A stretch of DNA of 64,000 nucleotides from Novosphingobium sp. (lineage in GTDB: Bacteria > Pseudomonadota > Alphaproteobacteria > Sphingomonadales > Sphingomonadaceae), in contig NZ_CBDCBI010000001.1 in assembly GCF_965214355.1 (NCBI RefSeq), positions 9,587-73,586 on the forward strand. The letters run 5' to 3'. The translations under genes were made by a program, and so were the position numbers. The notes beneath the pieces are model-generated. The model saw nothing but the letters and a program-made list of their open reading frames with translations. It searched no databases and was not told the origin of the DNA. Within the stretch, counting starts at the first letter, position 1; each line of letters begins with the position of its first letter. This document shows positions 51,337-60,220 of the stretch, one piece after another.

Positions 51337-54006
51337 ATGCGTCCTGCGTTTTTCGCCCTGCCGCCACGCGCTCTGGCCTGGTCGCTGGTTCTGGCGCTGG
51401 CATGGCCGGGCACGGTCGCGTCCGTGCAGGCCAAGCCCGTCCTCAACCCGCGCGAACAGGCCGATCAACTGGCCACGGCGGTTGTTGCGCGCATGACGAC
51501 GGATGAAAAGATTGCGCAACTGGTCAATGTTGCGCCGGCAATCCCGCGTCTGGGCATTCCGGCCTACAACTGGTGGACAGAATCGCTGCATGGCGCGATC
51601 GGCGCGATCGCCACGACCAATTTTCCGGAACCCATCGGGCTGGCCGCAACGTTCGATGCGCCGCTGGTGCACGATGTCGCCGGGACGATCAGCATCGAAA
51701 ACCGCGCCCTGCATACCCTGGGCCGGCAGACCGGGCATCTTGGCGTGATCGGCACCGGGCTCGACACGTGGTCGCCGAATATCAATATCTTTCGCGATCC
51801 CCGCTGGGGCCGCGGGCAGGAGACCTATGGCGAGGATCCGTTCCTGACGGCGCATCTGGGCGTTGCCTTTGTGACCGGGATGCAGGGGCCCGATCCCGAT
51901 CTGCCGCTGGTCATTGCCACGCCCAAGCATTTTGCGGTGCACTCGGGACCCGAATCGACGCGCCACGGGGCCAATGTGTTCGTCACGCCTCACGATCTTG
52001 AGGACACATACCTGCCTGCGTTTCGTGCGGCCATTGTCGAGGGCAGGGCCGGCTCGATCATGTGCGCGTACAATCGCATCGATGGCCAACCCGCGTGCGG
52101 CAGCGAGCCCTTGCTGACCGACCATTTGCGCAACGCCTGGGGATTTACCGGCTATGTCGTATCCGATTGCGATGCGGTCGTCGATATTGCCGACCATCAC
52201 AAATATGCCCCGGACCCGGCAGCGGCCGTCGCGGTCGCGTTGAAAGCCGGGGTGGACAATGAATGCAACACCCAGACGATGTCGGCGGCGACCGGCCTTG
52301 GCGCGCGGTATGCCGAAGCGCTGCAGCGCGGATTGATCACGACCAACGACCTCGATCGGGCGCTGGCCCGGCTGTTCTCGGCACGGTTTCGCACAGGCGA
52401 TCTGCCCGGCCTTGCCGAGCGGCGCGATCCTCCGGTACCGGTCAGCGCGATCGGCACGCCGGAGCATCAGGCGCTGGCCCTGCGCGCGGCGATCGAAAGC
52501 GTTGTCATGCTGAAAAACGATGGCACGCTGCCGCTTCGTCCCGGGGCCAAAGTCGTCGTGATCGGTCCGCTGGGCGATGCCACGCGTGTGTTGCGCGGCA
52601 ATTATTCGTCGGCGCAATCGGGCAAGCCGGTTTCCGTCATCGATGGCCTGCGCCAGGTGATGCCCGCCGCGCAGATCAGCCTGGTGCCATTCGGCGCATC
52701 GATCACCGATGGCGACCTGGTTCCCGACGGGCTGTTTCAGACACCTGATGGCAAGCCGGGGCTGCAGGCGGCGTATTTCAACGCCGTGGGCACGACCGCG
52801 GCATTCGGCCAGCGGACATTTGCGGCAACCCCGGTTGCGCGGCGGATCGAGCCCAATCTGATTGCGCACACCGAAGGGCTGCCCCAGATCGGCGACATCT
52901 ACAAAGTGCAATGGTCAGGATATTTCGTCGCACCGGAATCCGGGACCTATCGCTTGGGCGTGACCGGAGTCAAAGGCACGCTTGACCACGATGGCACGCC
53001 GATCCTGGTCGCCAAACAGTATTCGCAATGGTCAGAGCCGGTGAAGCTGAGCCAGGTCACATTGCGCAAGGGCGAACGCTATGCCCTGCATTTCGAATCC
53101 GAAAGCAAGCTTGCAGCCGCACCCGGCCTGATCTGGAAACGCATCGCGCCCGATGCCGATGCCGCGCTGGCGGCAGGTATTGCCGATGCCGATGTGATCG
53201 TGGCGGCAGTCGGGCTGACCTCCGATCTCGAAGGCGAAGAAATGCCGGTAAAGATCGACGGGTTTACAGGCGGCGACAAAACCTCGCTGGACCTGCCGGC
53301 GGACCAGCGCGCGATGCTGGAAAGAGCGCGCGCATCGGGCAAACCGGTCGTGGTCGTGGCGCTCAACGGCAGCGCGATCGACCTGACCTGGGCACGCGAC
53401 CACGCCGCCGCCATTGTCGAGGCCTGGTATCCGGGGCAGGCGGGCGGCCTTGCGCTCGCCAAGGTCCTGACAGGCCAGGAAAATCCTGCCGGACGCCTGC
53501 CTTTGACGTTTTATCGCGACATTGCCGATCTGCCCGCGTTCGACGATTACCGGATGCAGGGGCGCACGTATCGCTATTTCACCGGAAAGCCGGTGTACGG
53601 ATTTGGCTATGGGCTAAGCTATACGCACTTTGCCTATGGCAACCCGGTGGTGTCACCGGTTGACGGCGATGCGGCCAAAGGCATCCGGGTCAGTGCCGAA
53701 GTGCGCAACACCGGGCCGCGCGACGGCAACGAAGTGGTGCAGCTGTATTTGCGCGTGCCCCAGAAACCGGGGGCGCCCCGCCTAGCCCTGCGCGGGTTTC
53801 AACGCATTGCGCTCAAGGCCGGCGAAGCGCGTACGGTCACGCTCAGGCTTGACCCACGCGACCTGTCGGCGGTCACGCCGGGCGGGGCGCGGCAGGTATG
53901 GCCGGGGCACTATGTCCTCAGCCTGGGCGGGGGCCAGCCCGACAGCGGATTACCGACCGTATCGGCGCAATTCGACATCGATCACACGGTTGATCTACCG
54001 CGCTGA
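51337..54006 (+). CDS. Secreted GH3 beta-xylosidase-like enzyme with PA14 insertion and Fn3-like domain
   Basis: NWWTESLHG, WSPNINIFRDPRWGRGQETYGEDP, PKHFAVHSGPE, GYVVSDC and MQGRTYRYF. Confidence 0.93.
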   Translation: MRPAFFALPPRALAWSLVLALAWPGTVASVQAKPVLNPREQADQLATAVVARMTTDEKIAQLVNVAPAIPRLGIPAYNWWTESLHGAIGAIATTNFPEPIGLAATFDAPLVHDVAGTISIENRALHTLGRQTGHLGVIGTGLDTWSPNINIFRDPRWGRGQETYGEDPFLTAHLGVAFVTGMQGPDPDLPLVIATPKHFAVHSGPESTRHGANVFVTPHDLEDTYLPAFRAAIVEGRAGSIMCAYNRIDGQPACGSEPLLTDHLRNAWGFTGYVVSDCDAVVDIADHHKYAPDPAAAVAVALKAGVDNECNTQTMSAATGLGARYAEALQRGLITTNDLDRALARLFSARFRTGDLPGLAERRDPPVPVSAIGTPEHQALALRAAIESVVMLKNDGTLPLRPGAKVVVIGPLGDATRVLRGNYSSAQSGKPVSVIDGLRQVMPAAQISLVPFGASITDGDLVPDGLFQTPDGKPGLQAAYFNAVGTTAAFGQRTFAATPVARRIEPNLIAHTEGLPQIGDIYKVQWSGYFVAPESGTYRLGVTGVKGTLDHDGTPILVAKQYSQWSEPVKLSQVTLRKGERYALHFESESKLAAAPGLIWKRIAPDADAALAAGIADADVIVAAVGLTSDLEGEEMPVKIDGFTGGDKTSLDLPADQRAMLERARASGKPVVVVALNGSAIDLTWARDHAAAIVEAWYPGQAGGLALAKVLTGQENPAGRLPLTFYRDIADLPAFDDYRMQGRTYRYFTGKPVYGFGYGLSYTHFAYGNPVVSPVDGDAAKGIRVSAEVRNTGPRDGNEVVQLYLRVPQKPGAPRLALRGFQRIALKAGEARTVTLRLDPRDLSAVTPGGARQVWPGHYVLSLGGGQPDSGLPTVSAQFDIDHTVDLPR

Positions 54007-54015
54007 GCTAGAGCT

Positions 54016-54048
54016 GCTGCGTTAAATCCGGTGCGGATTTAACGCAGC
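54016..54048. terminator. 15-bp-stem hairpin between the convergent GH3 and GH43 genes
   Basis: GCTGCGTTAAATCCG-GTG-CGGATTTAACGCAGC; no strong U-tract on either side. Confidence 0.6.
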
Positions 54049-54069
54049 GCACGCGCTCAGGTGTATCTG

Positions 54070-55209
54070 TCAGCGCGCGACCATCGGATCGATGGTCTGG
54101 ATCGTGCCGTCCGGATTGAAGGTCAGCTGCGTGACTTTGACATTGCGCAGGTGGTTCTTGTTCGACAGTTGCGTGTCGGCATAAAACAGCCACCATTGAT
54201 GATCCGCCTGGATGATCGAGTGATGCGTTGTCCAGCCTTGCACAGGCTTCAGGATATGCCCCGCATACGTGAACGGGCCATAGGGGCTCGTTCCGGTCGC
54301 ATAATTGATGAAATGCGTGTCCCCGGTTGAATACGTGTAATAATATGTGCCGTTGCGCTTGAACATCCACGAGGCTTCAAAAAACCGCCGTTCGTGATCA
54401 CCGCCCAGGATTGGCTTGTGATTCTGGTCCAGGATGACCGCATCGCGCGGCTTTTCGGCAAAACTTTTCAGATCCGCGCCCATCTGCACGACTTTCCCGG
54501 TCAGCGCGGGCGCGCTGTCGTCATGCAAGTCGGTGTCGGAGCCGGCGGGATCGAAATGGCCTTTGGCCCAGCGCTGCAATTGCCCGCCCCAGATGCCGCC
54601 GAAATACATGTAAGTCTTGCCATCGGTGTCGGTGAACACGGCCGGGTCCATCGAAAAGCTGCCCGGGATCGGTTTGGGCTCGGCAGTGAACGGCCCCATC
54701 GGATTTCTGGACGTGGCAACGCCGATGCGAAACGTGCCGAGGCCGTTCTTGTCGAGCGACCGGTCGCGCGCCGGAAAATAAAGATAATAGATGCCGTTGC
54801 GATAGGCCGCATCCGGTGCCCACATCTGTTTGGAGGCCCATGGCACATTCCTGACATCGAGCGCCACGCCGCCGACAGTAACCGGGGCGCCGACATGGTC
54901 GAGACGCAGAACGCGATAATCGCGCATCGCGTATTCGTTGCCCAGATCGTCATCGGGTGCGGCCGTCGGGACGTCGTGCGATGGATAGACATAAATCTTG
55001 CCGCCGAAAACATGCGCGGATGGATCGGCTGTGTACAAGCTGCGGACCAAAGGTTGATCCCGAAACGCGCTGTCCGGCGCGCCACCGCTTTTGCTTGTTT
55101 CTACCGCCGGAATCCGGGCCGGCTCCTGCGCCGACGCATGGACCGATCCGAGCGCCCCAAACACGCCGACCATGCGAATTGCAAACAACGCTGCTTTCAT
55201 ATCTGACAT
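54070..55209 (-). CDS. GH43 (subfamily 1-like) beta-xylosidase/arabinofuranosidase
   Basis: LYTADPSAHVFGGKIYVYPSHD, QMWAPD, SMDPAVF, RRFFEASW and GWTTHHSI. Confidence 0.92.
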   Translation of the reverse strand: MSDMKAALFAIRMVGVFGALGSVHASAQEPARIPAVETSKSGGAPDSAFRDQPLVRSLYTADPSAHVFGGKIYVYPSHDVPTAAPDDDLGNEYAMRDYRVLRLDHVGAPVTVGGVALDVRNVPWASKQMWAPDAAYRNGIYYLYFPARDRSLDKNGLGTFRIGVATSRNPMGPFTAEPKPIPGSFSMDPAVFTDTDGKTYMYFGGIWGGQLQRWAKGHFDPAGSDTDLHDDSAPALTGKVVQMGADLKSFAEKPRDAVILDQNHKPILGGDHERRFFEASWMFKRNGTYYYTYSTGDTHFINYATGTSPYGPFTYAGHILKPVQGWTTHHSIIQADHQWWLFYADTQLSNKNHLRNVKVTQLTFNPDGTIQTIDPMVAR

Positions 55210-55279
55210 CCTGTGAATGACCCAAGCGCGCTTTTTTTAGCGCTGCCTGCGCCCTTGATTGCCACCAATTGTCCCCACT

Positions 55280-55293
55280 TGGTAGCGCTATCT
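55280..55293. promoter_or_regulatory. XylR operator 8 (GH43 promoter)
   Basis: TGGTAGCGCTATCT. Confidence 0.8.
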
Positions 55294-55497
55294 ACAAGGC
55301 GACACTGCACGTTGGCTTGATGGATTTACGACACGCCAATGACTGGCGGTCAGCATGACTGTGTCCGTTAACTCTGGACCCACGATGGCGATTCGGACAA
55401 GACTGCAAATCGATGGGAAAACGGACAGATCGGGACCGGCCGTGGCGCTGATCGGCTATGCGCGGTTCGAGCGCGACCTGATCGTAAAGGAAAACTC

Positions 55498-56691
55498 GTG
55501 CACCACGTCGATGTCGTTACGCTCGGGCTATTGCTATTTGTGGCCTGTCTCGTTGCTATCGTCACACGGCGGGTGGGATTGCCTTATGCAATAGGGCTCG
55601 TGGTTGCCGGCATAGCCCTTAGCCTGTTCGGCTACGAGAGCCGGCTCGTTCTGACCCCGGAAATCATCTTCACGTTCCTGCTGCCGCCTCTGATCTTCGA
55701 GGCTGCGTTGCATCTCGGCTGGGGCCAATTCAAACGCGAGACACCGTTGGTCCTGAGTATGGCGTTCGTCGGCACGCTGTTGTCGGCGGTTGTCGTCGCG
55801 GGAGGTATGCATTGGCTGATCGGCTGGGGCTGGCAGGCTTCGCTGCTGTTCGGATCGTTGATCGCCGCGACCGATCCAGTGTCGGTCATCGCCATGATGA
55901 AGGAGCAGAATGCGGAGAAACGGCTCCGTTTCCTGATGGAAGCGGAAAGCATCGTTAACGACGGTGCGGCTGCAGTCCTGTTCACACTCGTCGTGGCCTG
56001 GATCGCAGGAGGAGACATGAGTGCGGGCGGCGTTACCCTCTCGCTCGTGGTGACGGCGGGCGGCGGCGTCCTGTGCGGTCTACTCGTCGCAGGACTGGTT
56101 CTGATCATTGCCGGCGGATCGGACGATCATCTTGTCGAGATCACGCTGACGATGCTCGCGGCCTACGGATCCTTTCTGATCGCAGAGAAGCTGCACGTGT
56201 CGGGCGTGTTGGCAACGCTTGCCGCCGGCATGCTGGTCGGCAACTGGGGGCGCGGACGCAGGCTTAGCGATGCCGGCGGAGAAGCCATGATCCGCTTTTG
56301 GGCTTTCGCCGCTTTCCTCGCCAACTCGGTTGTATTCCTGCTGATCGGGAGCCGGGAGGCGACCCAACCGCTCGTCGGCTATCTGCTACCGGCCGCAGTT
56401 GGAACTGCCCTTGTGCTGGCTGGACGTGCAATTGCCGTCTATCCGATAACCTGGCTTTTTCGTCGTTCGGCGCTCGCGACGGATCGCCTTACCCAGCACA
56501 TCTTGTTCTGGGGTGGGTTGCGAGGCGCTCTTGCCCTGGCACTCGCGCTCGCTGCTCCAACAGCGTTGCCGGAGCATGATGCGCTGATCGGCGTCGCCTT
56601 CGCTGTGGTCGCCTTTTCCATCTTCGTTCAAGGCTTGACCGTGCCAGCACTGCTTAGGCGATCCCGCGCGTCCCAGGACGATGTTGCATGA
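55498..56691 (+). CDS. CPA1-family Na+/H+ antiporter
   Basis: LLPPLIFEAA, AATDPVSV, EAESIVNDGAA and WGGLRGALALAL; many transmembrane segments. Confidence 0.92.
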   Translation: MHHVDVVTLGLLLFVACLVAIVTRRVGLPYAIGLVVAGIALSLFGYESRLVLTPEIIFTFLLPPLIFEAALHLGWGQFKRETPLVLSMAFVGTLLSAVVVAGGMHWLIGWGWQASLLFGSLIAATDPVSVIAMMKEQNAEKRLRFLMEAESIVNDGAAAVLFTLVVAWIAGGDMSAGGVTLSLVVTAGGGVLCGLLVAGLVLIIAGGSDDHLVEITLTMLAAYGSFLIAEKLHVSGVLATLAAGMLVGNWGRGRRLSDAGGEAMIRFWAFAAFLANSVVFLLIGSREATQPLVGYLLPAAVGTALVLAGRAIAVYPITWLFRRSALATDRLTQHILFWGGLRGALALALALAAPTALPEHDALIGVAFAVVAFSIFVQGLTVPALLRRSRASQDDVA

Positions 56692-57107
56692 CGGGCAAGC
56701 CTGTCGCCACCCGTAATTCGACAAGGACAAAATCACCGGTCGCAGCCGTTCGTGATCCGTTTACGCTTAGCGTCCACAAAACTCACTTTCGTGTAGTGAA
56801 CCTTCGAATCCTCAAAGTGTGCACTTCCTGTTAGCGTCCGCCCGGGAACATCATTGTTCCTGCCATTTAGAAAAGACACAAATTCCGCCAGATAGAAATG
56901 TCACACGCCGGGGTCAGCAGGGGCTGCGCGGAACCCTCCAAATTGTGCAGCGTAGCCCCTGCTGATGCACTGGGCTGGCATGGATGCGCCTCGGACCCGC
57001 TGCTCTGCAGTGGGCCCGCTTAATCTGCGGAACCGTTTAGTTGGCGGACAGTCTCCTCGTGCTCTGCTAACGGAGGTGTTTGACTGGACCAAAGCGCGAG
57101 GGGTAAA

Positions 57108-57377
57108 ATGGATCGCCAGGAACTTCACGATCGCTTGATTGCCGCAAACGTCGATCCGAGAGTATTCGACGTTCTCGGATCTGATCCGGATCCTTTCCCC
57201 GGAGACATCTTTGTTCTCCGCCATGTTCAAATACGTGACGCCGGCACACCGAATTATTGGACCACTTATTATTGTGAAAGAGGTGGGCGCTACTTTGCCA
57301 GCCGATTTGCGTCGGAAGATGAGGCGTGCAGGCATTTGTTTCTGCAGATTACCAAATCTCCCATAATCACGCCGTAA
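57108..57377 (+). CDS. Small hypothetical protein, possibly an orphan polymorphic-toxin immunity protein
   Basis: 89 aa with GAGG RBS and a WTTYYCERG...FASEDEAC motif; family assignment is from memory only. Confidence 0.6.
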   Translation: MDRQELHDRLIAANVDPRVFDVLGSDPDPFPGDIFVLRHVQIRDAGTPNYWTTYYCERGGRYFASRFASEDEACRHLFLQITKSPIITP

Positions 57378-57396
57378 TCATTGCCTGAAGTCGGCG

Positions 57397-58770
57397 TTAC
57401 TCCTTTTCCGCGAGCGTGAGTTGGCGCAGGGGAGGGCGTCCACGCTTGCGTTTAGCCGGCGCTAATGCGTCAGGCTCCGGCACCGCAAACATATGTGCCC
57501 CCTGCGATCGGCGCTTGGGTTCGTTGTTGTTGCGCTTCCGCACCGGCAGTTGCTCCTGCATCAGCTTGGCCATCATCAGCGCGGCATCGAGATGCTTGTT
57601 TTCGACAATCGCTGCCTGGTTCACTTTCCAGATCTTGTCGAACACGCGATAGGGCAGCACATGATCGCCGTGCCTGATTTCCAGGCTGCCATCAGGATAT
57701 TCGCACACATCCACACGCTTGCCCGCCAACGGCCGGGTGATCTCTGTCGGTTCGAGGATGAACAGCACCTTGTTGTAATGCAACGCCAAGGCCCGGGTTA
57801 CCGCGCGCTCTTCGCGCCAGACCATCACGACGCGCATATCATCATCCGAGGCGAGGGGGCGGTGAAGGTCGCGCGCATCGAACGCGGGCTTGGCAAACCG
57901 CGCATTATGCTGCGCCATGTAGGCCGGCAGAAACGCGTTAGCCTCAGCGATCGTTGCAATACCTTCGAGCCGCATCGCCTTGACCAACCGGTCCTGCAAA
58001 GTCGCATTCGCGCGCTCGACCCGACCCTTGGCTTGCGGAGAATTGGCGCAGATAATCTCGATGTTCAGTGTTTCCATCGCACGACCAAAATGCGTCATGC
58101 CGTCACCTTTGGCAGACGCTGTGTTGTTGCGGAAAACCGAGTGTTTGTCTGAATATAGCGCCACAGGCTTGCCGTGACGTTCGATATATTCGCGCGTCGC
58201 ATCCATGTAGGAAAACGTGCTCTCGCTCTCGACCATCTTCAGCTGCATCAGTTCGCTGGTTGCGTCGTCGATATAGACCAGCAAGGTGCATTGCGGCCCG
58301 CGATCCTCGAACCACCAGTGCTTCGAGCCATCGACCTGGATCAGTTCACCACGGCAATCACGCCGGTAGCGCGGTTGGTAAGGGCGAGGGCGCCGCGCCG
58401 CACGGTCTTGCCACAATCCGGCCCCCATCATCAACTGCCGCAAAGTCTCGCGCGCTATCGTGATCTTGTGCCGTTCGGCCAAATACTCGGTCGCCAAAGT
58501 CGGCCCGAAATCAGCATAATGCTCACGAACCAGCGTCATGATCCGCTCGCAAAAAGTATCGCTATGCCGCCTGTTGCTGGGCTTGCCGCGTTTGCGGGAA
58601 ACAAGGCCTTCGGCACCATCCGCGCGCAAACGGATCAGCAATCGACCGACCTGACGACGCGACAACCCCAAAAGTGTCGCAGCGTCCTCAACTCGCAGTT
58701 CGCGCCGCGTAACCCGAAGCAGTGTGTCGTATCGCGAGAGCTCGCTCTGGCTCATTGCCACCACCGTCAT
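57397..58770 (-). CDS. DDE transposase (IS481-related, ISNCY/IS1202 family)
   Basis: N-terminal HTH (LLGLSRRQVGRL), GELIQVDGS (D), ALYSDKH (D) and PQAKGRVER (E). Confidence 0.93.
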   Translation of the reverse strand: MTVVAMSQSELSRYDTLLRVTRRELRVEDAATLLGLSRRQVGRLLIRLRADGAEGLVSRKRGKPSNRRHSDTFCERIMTLVREHYADFGPTLATEYLAERHKITIARETLRQLMMGAGLWQDRAARRPRPYQPRYRRDCRGELIQVDGSKHWWFEDRGPQCTLLVYIDDATSELMQLKMVESESTFSYMDATREYIERHGKPVALYSDKHSVFRNNTASAKGDGMTHFGRAMETLNIEIICANSPQAKGRVERANATLQDRLVKAMRLEGIATIAEANAFLPAYMAQHNARFAKPAFDARDLHRPLASDDDMRVVMVWREERAVTRALALHYNKVLFILEPTEITRPLAGKRVDVCEYPDGSLEIRHGDHVLPYRVFDKIWKVNQAAIVENKHLDAALMMAKLMQEQLPVRKRNNNEPKRRSQGAHMFAVPEPDALAPAKRKRGRPPLRQLTLAEKE

Positions 58771-58890
58771 AGACACATCCTTCAGACACTGAAGGATGAC
58801 TATGCCACCACAGACCCGCGAGCGCCCATCAGCATGGGACATTTCTAAAATAGCGGGATGGGACATTTCTATCTGGCGCTTACAATTATC

Positions 58891-58918
58891 TGGTTCGATA
58901 ATATTAATTATGTTAATA
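58891..58918. other. dif-like XerC/XerD recombination site (xrs/pdif)
   Basis: TGGTTCGATAA-TATTAA-TTATGTTAATA has the 11-6-11 layout. The right arm matches E. coli dif TTATGTTAAAT at 9/11, the left arm ends ATAA, and the IS end lies 6 bp outside the left arm. Confidence 0.7.
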
Positions 58919-59005
58919 GCGACACCACGAGTGTCCATGTAATCTGTGTCCAGTGTGATGGGAATCGCTTGCGGTATCCGGTTTCCTTCAACAGTATCTG
59001 CGACC

Positions 59006-60220
59006 GTGTCCACTTCGTTCGCCACAACGCCTTGGCAGGCTGCACGCATCGAAATGCCCGGCGGTCGCAGGGCGTGGACGGTTGTGAATGACGATGGCGA
59101 TGTCGTCGAAAGCCTTCGTAACTGGATCGTGCATCTCGAACAAACCAGCACTTCGCCGAACACGATCCGTGCGTATGTTCGCCACGTTGTCGACTTCGCG
59201 AACTTCATCGTCGCCAATGGCGCCGGCATCGGTGAAGCCACGGTAGCGTTGTATGACAGTTTCCTGGCCTGGCGGCTTGCGCGGCGAAAAGATGCATTGC
59301 CGAGCCCGCGGCTGATCCTGCTGAACAAGCAGAAAACGCGAATTCTGGCGCCATCGACGCGCAATCAGATCCAGCTCGCGGTCAAATCGTTTTATCGCTT
59401 CTACAATGGCACCGACGACTTCGCGGTCGACACCCGTGATGTTGCCAGGGCTTATGACGGGCACCGACTTTACAAGCCGTTCCTGGAACATATCAGCCAG
59501 CGCCGCACGACGCGGCGCAAGGACCGCTATCTGTCAGGCGATCCCGGCAAGGTTCAGCAGCAGGTGCTCAAGAAGCGATTGACGCCAGGCGAGGTGTTGC
59601 GGCTAATCGAGGCTTGCGGGCTCGCGCGCGACGCGTTCCTGATTGTGCTGCTCTACAACACCGGCCTCAGGATCGGTGAAGCGCTGGGCTTGCGCCACGT
59701 TGACATCGATCTTGCCGAAAGGGTCATCTGGGTCGTTCCGCGCGAAGACAATGCCAATGAGGCCCGCGCGAAATCCGGGCGCACGCGCGGTGTGCCGGTG
59801 CACGAATACGTGCTGAACATGTACGTCGATTACCTCACCAGCAACGAATATCTGCCGGCGTTCGAGGCCGGCGCGGAATATGTCTTTGCCAATGTCAAAG
59901 CCGGCGCCATCGGCCATGCCATGGGCCTGTCTTACGCGCAGAAGCTCGCGGGTATGCTGAGGCAGCGCACCCATATCGCCTTCAGCTGGCACATGTTCCG
60001 CCACAGCCATGCATCCGAAGCGATCGCGGCGGGATACAGCCTGCTCGAAGTGGCTGATCGCCTTGGGCATGCCAGCCCGCAGACGACCGCAGCGTTCTAC
60101 CAGCACCTGTTCGCCTCGGAAATCCGCAGACTTTATCTCACAGGTCCCAACGAGGTGCATGAAAGACTTGGGAAACTTCGTGAGGCGGAACTGCTCGGGA
60201 AGGATTTGCGATGGGCATGA
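59006..60220 (+). CDS. Tyrosine recombinase, Tn554 TnpA-like
   Basis: SPNTIRAY, LYNTGLRIGEAL (R), WHMFRH (HxxR) and LGHASPQTTAAFY (H, Y); start uncertain. Confidence 0.88.
   Translation: MSTSFATTPWQAARIEMPGGRRAWTVVNDDGDVVESLRNWIVHLEQTSTSPNTIRAYVRHVVDFANFIVANGAGIGEATVALYDSFLAWRLARRKDALPSPRLILLNKQKTRILAPSTRNQIQLAVKSFYRFYNGTDDFAVDTRDVARAYDGHRLYKPFLEHISQRRTTRRKDRYLSGDPGKVQQQVLKKRLTPGEVLRLIEACGLARDAFLIVLLYNTGLRIGEALGLRHVDIDLAERVIWVVPREDNANEARAKSGRTRGVPVHEYVLNMYVDYLTSNEYLPAFEAGAEYVFANVKAGAIGHAMGLSYAQKLAGMLRQRTHIAFSWHMFRHSHASEAIAAGYSLLEVADRLGHASPQTTAAFYQHLFASEIRRLYLTGPNEVHERLGKLREAELLGKDLRWA

Larger units (their letters stand above)
56829..58884 (-). mobile_element. IS1202/ISNCY-type insertion sequence carrying a passenger ORF
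   Basis: Perfect 17-bp inverted repeat CGCCAGATAGAAATGTC (56886-56902 and 58862-58878), subterminal TAGAAA(T/A)G(T/A)C repeats, and TGT-initiated ends (58884 clear, 56829 tentative). No target-site duplication found. Confidence 0.72.

Noticed and set aside
55235-55248. Ninth XylR operator (TTTTAGCGCTGCCT)
   Set aside because: Only the core matches and the flanks diverge; a better box lies at 55280.
56820-58890. Target-site duplication for the IS
   Set aside because: The flanks ACTTCC and ATTATC do not match, so none is claimed and the distal end remains tentative.
58771-59364. N-terminal extension of the transposase ORF to 59364
   Set aside because: It crosses the IS end and the dif-like site and is antisense to the TnpA-like gene. 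It is a chance open frame; the HTH-bearing protein starts at about 58770-58778.
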